A stretch of DNA of 64,000 nucleotides, taken from NCBI RefSeq assembly GCF_009914755.1, contig NC_060933.1. One strand, written 5' to 3'. This DNA is from the human T2T-CHM13v2.0 reference genome, Homo sapiens. Below are positions 54,401-64,000 of this stretch, piece by piece; within the stretch, counting starts at the first letter, position 1, and the number at the start of each line of letters is the position of its first letter. A model generated the notes under the pieces. The model saw only the letters and a list, made by a program, of their open reading frames with translations. It was not told the DNA's origin and searched no databases. The translations under genes and the position numbers were made by a program.

Positions 54401-54891
54401 TGATATTTGCATTCAAGTCACAGAACTGAACATTCCCTTTCATAGAGCAGCTTTGAAACACTCTTTCTGTAGTATCTGCATGCGGACGTTTCAAGCGCTT
54501 TCAGGCCTGTGGTGAAAAAGGAAATATCTTCAAATAAAAACTAGACAGAAGCATTCTCAGAAACTTATTTGCGATGTGTGTTCTCAACTAACAGAGTTGA
54601 ACCTTTGTTTTGATACAGCATTTTGGAAACACGCTTTTTGTAGGATCTGCAGGTGGATATTTGGATAGCTTTGATGGTTTCGTTGGAAACGGGAATATCC
54701 TCATATAAAATCAAGACAGAAGCATTCTCAGAAACTTCTCTGTGATGTTTGCCTTCAACTCATAGAGTTGAACACTTCCTTTCATAGAGCAGGTTTGAAA
54801 CACTCTGTGCACTACCTGGAAGTGGACATTTGGAGCGCTTTGAGGCCTATGTTGAAAAAGGAAATATCTTCCCATAAAAACTAGACAGAAG

Positions 54892-55571
54892 CATTCTCAG
54901 AAACTTGTTTGTGATGTGTGTATTCAACTAACAGAGATGAACCTTTCTTTTTACAGAGCAGTTTTGAAACACTCTTTTTGTGGAATCTGAAAGTGGATAT
55001 TTGGATAGCTTTGAGGATTTCGTTGGAAACGGGATTACATATAAAATCTAGAGAGAAGCATTCTCAGGAACTTCTTTGTGATGTTTGCATTCACGTCACA
55101 GAACTGAACATTCCCTTTCATAGAGCATGTTTGAAACACTCTTTCTGTAGTATCTGCAAACGGACATTTCAAACGCTTTCAGGCCTATGGTGAGAAAGGA
55201 AATATCTTCAAATAAAAACTAGACAGAAGCATTCTCAGAAACTTATTTGCGATGTGTGTCCTCAACTAACAGAGTTGAACCTTTCTTTTGATACAACATT
55301 TTGGAAACACTCTTTTTGTAGAATCTGCAAGTGGATATTAGGATAGCTTTGAAGGTTTCGTTGGAAACGGGAATATCTTCATATAAAATCAAGACAGAAG
55401 CATTCTCAGAAACTTCTCTGTGATGTTTACATTCAACTCATAGAGTTGAATACTTCCCTTCATACAGCAGGTTTGAAACACTCTTTTTGTAATATTTGGA
55501 AGTGGACATTTGCAGCGCTTTGAGGCCTATGATGAAAAAGGAAATATCTTCCCATAAAAACTAGACAGAAG
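54892..55571 (+). repeat. 4-mer HOR variant A-B-C-D with a late D-to-G switch
   Basis: The D body (TAATATTTGGAAG, TTTGCAGCGC) ends with the G-type CCTATGATGAAAAAGG...CTTCCCATAAAAACTAG at ~55525-55565; 680 bp. Confidence 0.8.
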
Positions 55572-58500
55572 CATTCTCAGAAACTTGTTTGTGATGTGTG
55601 TATTCAACTAACAGAGATGAACCTTTCTTTTTACAGAGCAGTTTTGAAACACTCTTTTTGTGGAATCTGAAAGTGGATATTTGGATAGCTTTGAGGATTT
55701 CGTTGGAAACGGGATTACATATAAAATCTAGGGAGAAGCATTCCCAGGAACTTCTTTGTGATGTTTGCATTCAAGTCACAGAACTGAACATTCCCTTTCA
55801 TAGAGCAGGTTTGAAACACTCTTTCTGTAGTATCTGCAAGCGGACGTTTCAAGCGCTTTCAGGCCTGTGGTGAAAAAGGAAATATCTTCAAATAGAAACT
55901 AGATAGAAGCATTCTCAGAAACTTATTTGCGATGTGTGTTCTCAACTAACAGAGTTGAACCTTTGTTTTGATACAGCATTTTGGAAACACTCTTTTTGTA
56001 GGATCTGCAGGTGGATATTTGGATAGCTTTGATGGTTTCGTTGGAAACGGGAATATCCTCATATAAAATCAAGACAGAAGCATTCTCAGAAACTTCTCTG
56101 TGATGTTTGCCTTCAACTCATAGAGTTGAACACTTCCTTTCATAGAGCAGGTTTGAAACACTCTGTGCACTACCTGGAAGTGGACGTTTGGAGCGCTTTG
56201 AGGCCTATGTTGAAAAAGGAAATATCTTCCCATAAAAACTAGACAGAAGCATTCTCAGAAACTTGTTTGTGATGTGTGTATTCAACTAACAGAGATGAAC
56301 CTTTCTTTTTACAGAGCAGTTTTGAAACACTCTTTTTGTGGAATCTGAAAGTGGATATTTGGATAGCTTTGAGGATTTCGTTGGAAACGGGATTACATAT
56401 AAAATCTAGGGATAAGCATTCTCAGGAACTCCTCTGTGATGTTTGCATTCAAGTCACAGAACTGAACATTCCCTTTCATAGAGCAGGTTTGAAACACTCT
56501 TTCTGTAGTATCTGCAAGCGGACGTTTCTAGCGCTTTCAGGCCTGTGGTGAAAGAGGAAATATCTTCAAATAAAAACTAGACAGAAGCATTCTCAGAAAC
56601 TTATTTGCGATGTGTGTTCTCAACTAACAGAGTTGAACCTTTGTTTTGATACAGCATTTTGGAAACACTCTTTTTGTAGGATCTGCAGGTGGATATTTGG
56701 ATAGCTTTGAAGGTTTCGTTGGAAACGGGAATATCTTCATATAAAATCAACACAGAAGCATTCTCAGAAACTTCTCTGTGATGTTTGCATTCAACTCACA
56801 GAGTTGAACACTTCCTTTCATAGAGCTGGTTTGAAATACTCTTTTTGTAATATTTGGAAGTGGACATTGGCAGCGCTTTGAAGCCTATGGTGAAAAAGGA
56901 GATATCTTCTCCTAAAAACCAGACAGAAGCATTCTCAGAATCTTTCTTGTGATGTGTGTACTCAAGTAACAGAGTTGAACCTTCATTTTGACAGAGCAGT
57001 TTTGAAGCACTCTTTTTGTAGAATCTGCAAGGGGATATTTTGATACCTTTGAGGATTTCGTTGGACACGGGATATCTTCATATAAAATCTAGACAGAAGC
57101 ATTCTCAGAAACTTCTTTGTGCTGTATGTCCTCAATTAACAGAGTTGAAGCTTTGTGTGGATACAGCATTTTGGAAACATTCCTTTAGTAGAATCTGCAA
57201 GTTGATATTTAGATAGCTAGGAAGATTTCCTTGGAAACGGGAATATCTTCATATAAAATCTAGACGGAAGCATTCTCAGAAACTGCTTTGTGATGTTTTC
57301 ATTCAAGTCACAGAGTAGAATGTTCCCTGTTATATACCAGGTTTGAGACACTCTTTCTGCACTACCTGGAAGTGGACATTTGGAGCGCTTTGAGGCCTAT
57401 GATGAAAAAGGAAATATCTTCCCATAAAAACTAGACAGAAGCATTCTCAGAAACTTGTTTGTGATGTGTGTATTCAACTAACAGAGATGAACCTTTCTTT
57501 TTACAGAGCAGTTTTGAAACACTCTTTTTGTGGAATCTGAAAGTGGATATTTGGATAGCTTTGAGGATTTCGTTGGAAACGGGATTACATATAAAATCTA
57601 GAGAGAAGCATTCTCAGGAACTTCTTTGTGATGTTTGCATTCACGTCACAGAACTGAACATTCCCTTTCATAGAGCATGTTTGAAACACTCTTTCTGTAG
57701 TATCTGCAAACGGACATTTCAAACGATTTCAGGCCTATGGTAAGAAAGGAAATATCTTCAAATAAAAACTAGACAGAAGCATTCTCAGAAACTTATTTGC
57801 GATGTGTGTCCTCAACTAACAGAGTTGAACCTTTCTTTTGATACAACATTTTGGAAACACTCTTTTTGTAGAATCTGCAAGTGGATATTTGGATAGCTTT
57901 GAAGGTTTCGTTGGAAACGGGAATATCTTCATATAAAATCAAGACAGAAGCATTCTCAGAAACTTCTCTGTGATGTTTGCATTCAACTCATAGAGTTGAA
58001 CACTTCCCTTCATACAGCAGGTTTGAAACACTCTTTTTGTAATATTTGGAAGTGGACATTTGCAGCGCTTTGAGGCCTATGTTGAAAAAGGAAATATCTT
58101 CTCCTAAAAACCAGACAGAAGCATTCTCAGAAACTTCCTTGTGATGTGTGTACTCAAGTAACAGAGTTGAACCTTACTTTTGACAGAGCCGTTTTGAAAC
58201 AGTCTTTTTGTAGAATCTGGAAGTAGATATTTGGATACCTTTGAGGATTTCTTTGGAAACGGGATATCTTCATATAACATCTAGACAGAAGCATTCTCAG
58301 AAACTTCTTTGTGCTGTATGTCCTCAATTAACAGAGTTGAACCTTTGTGTGGATACAGCATTTTGGAAACACTCCTTTAGTAGAATCTGCAAGTTGATAT
58401 TTAGATAGCTAGGAAGATTTCCTTGGAAACGGGAATATCTTCACATAAAATCTAGACGGAAGCATTCTCAGAAACTGCTTTGTGATGTCTTCATTCAAGT

Positions 58501-61500
58501 CACAGAGCAGAATGTTCCCTTTTATAGAGCAGGTTTGAAACACTCAGTGCACTACCTGGAAGTGGACATTTGGAGCGCTTTGAGGCCTATGTTGAAAAAG
58601 GAAATATCTTCCCATAGAAACTAGACAGAAGCATTCTCAGAAACTTGTTTGTGATGTGTGTATTCAACTGAGATGAACCTTTCTTTTTACAGAGCAGTTT
58701 TGAAACACTCTTTTTGTGGAATCTGAAAGTGGATATTTGGATAGCTTTGAGGATTTCGTTGGAAACGGGATTACATATAAAATCTAGGGAGAAGCATTCT
58801 CAGGAACTTCTTTTTGATGTTTGCATTCAAGTCACAGAAATGAAAATTCCCTTTCATAGAGCAGGTTTGAAACACTCTTTCTGTAGTATCTGCAAGCGGA
58901 GGTTTCAAGCGCTTTCAGGCCTGTGGTGAAAAAGGAAATATCTTCAAATAAAAACTAGACAGAATCATTCTCAGAAACTTATTTGCGATGTGTGTTCTCA
59001 ACTAACAGAGTTGAACCTTTGTTTTGATACAGCATTTTGGAAACACTCTTTTTGTAGTATCTGCAGGTGGATATTTGGATAGCTTTGATGGTTTCGTTGG
59101 AAACGGGAATATCCTCATATAAAATCAAGACAGAAGCATTCTCAGAAACTTCTATGTGATGTTTGCCTTCAACTCATAGAGTTGAACACTTCCTTTCATA
59201 GAGCAGGTTTGAAACACTCTGTGCACTACCTGGAAGTGGACATTTTGAGCGCTTTGAGACCTATGTTGAAAAAGGAATTATCTTCCCATAAAAACTAGAC
59301 AGAAGCATTCTCAGAAACTTGTTTGTGATGTGTGTATTCAACTAACAGAGATGAACCTTTCTTTTTACAGAGCAGTTTTGAAACACTCTTTTTGTGGAAT
59401 CTGAAAGTGGATATTTGGATAGCTTTGAAGATTTCGTTGGAAACGGGATTACATATAAAATCTAGGGAGAAGCATTCTCAGGAACTCCTTTGTGATGTTT
59501 GCATTCAAGTCACAGAACTGAACATTCCCTTTCATAGAGCAGGTTTGAAACACTCTTTCTGTAGTATCTGCTAGCGGACGTTTCAAGCGCTTTCAGGCCT
59601 GTGGTGAAAAAGGAAATATCTTCAAATAAAAACTAGACAGAAGCATTCTCAGAAACTTATTTGCGATGTGTGTTCTCAACTAACAGAGTTGAACTTTTGT
59701 TTTGATACAGCATTTTGGAAACACTCTTTTTGTAGGATCTGCAGGTGGATATTTGGATAGGTTTGAAGGTTTCGTTGGTAACGGGAATATCTTCATATAA
59801 AATCAACACAGAAGCATTCTCAGAAACTTCTCTGTGATGTTTGCATTCAACTCATAGAGTTGAACACTTCCTTTCATAGAGCTGGTTTGAAATACTCTTT
59901 TTGTAATATTTGGAAGTGGACATTGGCAGCGCTTTGAAGCCTATGGTGAAAAAGGAGATATCTTCCCCTAAAAACCAGACAGAAGCATTCTCAGAATCTT
60001 TCTTGTGATGTGTGTACTCAAGTAACAGAGTTGAACCTTCATTTTGACAGAGCAGTTTTGAAGCACTCTTTTTGTAGAATCTGCAAGGGGATATTTTGAT
60101 ACCTTTGGGGATTTCGTTAGACATGGGATATCTTCATATAAAATCTAGACAGAAGCATTCTCAGAAACTTATTTGTGCTGTATGTCCTCAATTAACAGAG
60201 TTGAACCTTTGTGTGGATACAGCATTTTGGAAACATTCCTTTAGTAGAATCTGCAAGTTGATATTTAGATAGCTAGGAAGATTTCCTTGGAAACGGGAAT
60301 ATCTTCATATAAAATCTAGACGGAAGCATTCTCAGAAAGTGCTTTGTGATGTTTGCATTCAAGTCACAGCGTTGAATATTCCCTTTTACAGAGCAGGTTT
60401 GAAACACTCTTTCTGCACTACCTGGAAGTGGACATTTGGAGCGCTTTGAGGCCTATGTTGAAAAAGGAAATATCTTCCCATAAAAACTAGACAGAAGCAT
60501 TCTCAGAAACTTGTTTGTGATGTGTGTATTCAACTAACAGAGATGAACCTTTCTTTTTACAGAGCAGTTTTGAAACACTCTTTTTGTGGAATCTGAAAGT
60601 GGATATTTGGATAGCTTTGAGGATTTCGTTGGAAACGGGATTACATATAAAATCTAGAGAGAAACATTCTGAGGAACTTTTTTGTGATGTTTGCATTCAC
60701 GTCACAGAACTGAACATTCCCTTTCATAGAGCCGGTTTGAAACACTGTTTCTGTAGTATCTGCAAATGGACATTCCAAGCGCTTTCAGGCCTATGGTGAG
60801 AAAGGAAATATCTTCAAATAAAAACTAGACAGAAGCATTCTCAGAAACTTATTTGCGATGTGTGTCCTCAACTAACAGAGTTGAACCTTTGTTTTGATAC
60901 AACATTTTGGAACCACTCTTTTTGTAGAATCAGCAAGTGGATATTTGGATAGCTTTGAAGGTTTCGTTGGAAACGGGAATATCTTCATATAAAATCAAGA
61001 CAGAAGCATTCTCAGAAACTTCTCTGTGATGTTTGCATTCAACTCATAGAGGTGAACACTTCCCTTCATAGAGCAGGTTTGAAACACTCTTTCTGAAATA
61101 TTTGGAAGTGGACATTTGCAGCGCTTTGAGGCCTATGTTGAAAAAGGAAATATCTTCTCCTAAAAACCAGACAGAAGCATTCTCAGAAACTTCCTTGTGA
61201 TGTGTGTACTCAAGTAACAGAGTTGAACCTTACTTTTGAGAGAGCCGTTTTGAAACAGTCTTTTTGTAGAATCTGGAAGTAGATATTTGGATACCTTTGA
61301 GGATTTCTTTGGAAACGGGATATCTTTATATAAAATCTAGACAGAAGCATTCTCAGACACTTCTTTGTGCTGTATGTCCTCAATTAACAGAGTTGAACCT
61401 TTGTGTGGATACAGCATTTTGGAAACATTCCTTTAGTAGAATCTGCAAGTTGATATTTAGATAGATAGGAAGAATTCCTTGGAAACGGGAATATCTTCAT

Positions 61501-64000
61501 ATAAAATCTATACGGAAGCATTCTCAGAAAGTGCTTTGTGATGTTTGCATTCAAGTCACAGAGTTGAATATTCCCTTTTATAGAGCAGGTTTGAAACACT
61601 CTTTCTGCACTACCTGGAAGTGGACATTTGGAGCGCTTTGAGGCCTATGTTGAAAAAGGAAATATCTTCCCATAAAAACTAGACAGAAGCATTCTCAGAA
61701 ACTTCTTTGTGATGTGTGTATTCAACTAACAGAGATGAACCTTTCTTTTTACAGAGCAGTTTTGAAACACTCTTTTTGTGGAATCTGAAAGTGGATACTT
61801 GGATAGCTTTGAGGATTTCGTTGGAAACGAGATTACATATAAAATCTAGAGAGAAGCATTCTCAGGAACTTCTTTGTGATGTTTGCATTCACGTCACAGA
61901 ACTGAACATTCCCTTTCATAGAGCATGTTTGAAACACTCTTTCTGTAGTATCTGCAAACGGACGTTTCAAGCGCTTTCAGGCCTGTGGTGAGAAAGGAAA
62001 TATCTGCAAATAAAAACTAGACAGAAGCATTCTCAGAAACTTATTTGCGATGTGTGTCCTCAACTAACAGAGTTGAACCTTTGTTTTGATACAACATTTT
62101 GGAACCACTCTTTTTGTAGAATCTGCAAGTGGATATTTGGATAGCTTTGAAGGTTTCGTTGGAAACGGGAATATCTTCATATAAAATCAAGACAGAAGCA
62201 TGCTCAGAAACTTCTCTGTGATGTTTGCATTCAACTCATAGAGGTGAACACTTCCCTTCATAGAGCAGGTTAGAAACACTCTTTTTGTAATATTTGGAAG
62301 TGGACATTTGCAGCGCTTTGAGGCCTATGTTGAAAAAGGAAATATCTTCTCCTAAAAACCAGACAGAAGCATTCTCAGAAACTTCCTTCTGATGTGTGTA
62401 CTCAAGTAACAGAGTTGAACCTTCCTTTTGCCAGAGCAGTTTTGAAGCACTCTTTTTGTAGAATCTGCAAGTGGATATTTTGATACCTTTGAGGATTTCG
62501 TTGGACATGGGATATCTTCATATAAAATCTAGACAGAAGCATTCGCAGACACTTCTTTGTGCTGTATATCCTCAATTAACAGAGTTGAACCTTTGTTTCG
62601 ATACGGCATTTTGGAAACATTCCTTTAGTAGAATCTGCAAGTTCATATTTAGATAGCTAGGAAGATTTCCTTGCAAACGGGAATATCTTCATATAAAATC
62701 TAGACGGAAGCATTCTCAGAAAGTGCTTTGTGATGTTTGCATTCAAGTCACAGAGTTGAATATTCCCTTTTATAGAGCAGGTTTGAAACACTCTTTCTGC
62801 ACTACCTGGAAGTGGACATTTGGAGCGCTTTGAGGCCTATGTTGAAAAAGGAAATATCTTCCCATAAAAACTAGACAGAAGCATTCTCAGAAGCTTGTTT
62901 GTGATGTGTGTATTCAACTAACAGAGATGAACCTTTCTTTTTACAGAGCAATTTTGAAACACTCCTTTTGTGGAATCTGAAAGTGGATATTTGGATAGCT
63001 TTGAGGATTTCGTTGGAAACGGGATTACATATAAAACCTAGAGAGAAGCATTCTCAGGAACTTCTTTGTGATGTTTGCATTCACGTCACAGAACTGAACA
63101 TTCCCTTTCATAGAGCATGTTTGAAACACTCTTTCTGTAGTATCTGCAAACGGACATTACAAGCGCTTTCAGGCCTATGGTGAGAAAGGAAATATCTTCA
63201 AATAAAAACTAGACAGAAGCATTCTCAGAAACTTATTTGCGATGTGTGTCCTCAACTAACAGAGTTGAACCTTTCTTTTGATACAACATTTTGGAAACAC
63301 TCTTTTTGTAGAATCTGCAAGTGGATATTTGGATAGCTTTGAAGATTTCGTTGGAAACGGGAATATCTTCATATAAAATCAAGACAGAAGCATTCTCAGA
63401 AACTTCTCTGTGATGTTTGCATTCAACTCATAGAGTTGAACACTTCCCTTCATACAGCAGGTTTGAAACACTCTTTTTGTAATATTTGGAAGTGGACATT
63501 TGCAGCGCTTTGAGGCCTATGTTGAAAAAGGAAATATCTTCTCCTAAAAACCAGACAGAAGCATTCTCAGAAACTTCCTTGTGATGTGTGTACTCAAGTA
63601 ACAGAGTTGAACCTTACTTTTGACAGAGCCGTTTTGAAACAGTCTTTTTGTAGAATCTGGAAGTAGATATTTGGATACCTTTGAGGATTTCTTTGGAAAC
63701 GGGATGTCTTCATATAACATCTAGACAGAAGCATTCTCAGAAACTTCTTTGTGCTGTATGTCCTCAATTAACAGAGTTGAACCTTTGTGTGGATACAGCA
63801 TTTTGGAAACACTCTTTTTGTAGAATCTGCAAGTTGATATTTAGATAGCTAGGAAGATTTCCTTGGAAACGGGAATATCTTCACATAAAATCTAGACGGA
63901 AGCATTCTCAGAAACTGCTTTGTGATGTCTTCATTCAAGTCACGGAGCAGAATGTTCCCTTTTATAGAGCAGGTTTGAAACACTCAGTGCACTACCTGGA

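Larger units (their letters stand above)
1..64000 (+). repeat. Centromeric alpha-satellite (alphoid) tandem array, ~171-bp monomers, single orientation, SF2-like alternation of CENP-B-box and pJalpha monomers
   Basis: AGCATTCTCAGAAAC recurs every ~167-171 bp throughout. Monomers end in either TTTCGTTGGAAACGGGA (CENP-B box) or CTATGGTGAAAAAGGAA (pJalpha motif). No non-satellite sequence was seen. Confidence 0.99.
3214..64000 (+). repeat. Homogeneous HOR array: canonical 7-mer (A-G, ~1192 bp) with 4-mer, 2-mer and 6-mer structural variants; probably D9Z4/S2C9H1L-like
   Basis: The diagnostic A monomer (GTGTATTCAACTAACAGAGATGAACC, the repeated 'MYSTNRDEPFF' ORF) recurs at spacings of 1187-1193, 674-680, 338-341 and 1018 bp. 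Monomer lengths A=167, E=170 and the rest 171 sum to 1192. The chromosome assignment is inferred from recalled HOR sizes. Confidence 0.93.

Noticed and set aside
101-63183. Recurrent 60-122-aa ORFs (MYSTNRDEPFF..., MSNEILKG..., MDILIPLR...)
   Set aside because: They are chance translations of satellite monomers, mostly with GTG/TTG starts. They recur at the HOR period and are freely broken by stops and frameshifts, with no promoter, splice or domain evidence.
3214-64000. CRISPR-like appearance of a conserved AGCATTCTCAGAAAC repeat with variable intervals
   Set aside because: The intervening sequences are homologous ~150-bp monomer bodies rather than unique spacers, and there are no cas genes.
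1-64000. L1/Alu insertion or strand inversion at the array edge
   Set aside because: No poly-A tail, target-site duplication, non-alphoid segment or reverse-complement monomer was seen on reading.

Overview
The whole 64-kb window is primate (most likely human) centromeric alpha-satellite: head-to-tail ~171-bp monomers in a single orientation, with no gene, transposon insertion or inversion visible. It captures the edge of a higher-order-repeat (HOR) array. Positions 1-~2700 are divergent dimeric (SF2-type) alpha satellite with many decayed CENP-B boxes. From ~3214 onward the array is built from a 7-monomer HOR (~1187-1193 bp; monomers called A-G here; box pattern CENP-B/pJa/CENP-B/pJa/CENP-B/CENP-B(dead)/pJa). 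I count by eye about 37 complete 7-mers plus one truncated at the right end, 20 4-mers (674-680 bp, four different breakpoints), three 2-mers, one 3-mer and one 6-mer. These combine into local 11-mer and 18-mer super-periods, and several multi-kb blocks carrying private variants are duplicated. The 7/4/11-mer organisation and the CTGCACTACCTGGAAG monomer suggest the chr4/chr9 SF2 family, most plausibly D9Z4 (S2C9H1L); this is recalled rather than verified. All ORFs in the track are chance repeat translations. I found no new coding system; what is interesting is the array architecture, the CENP-B-box polymorphism and the recombination record.
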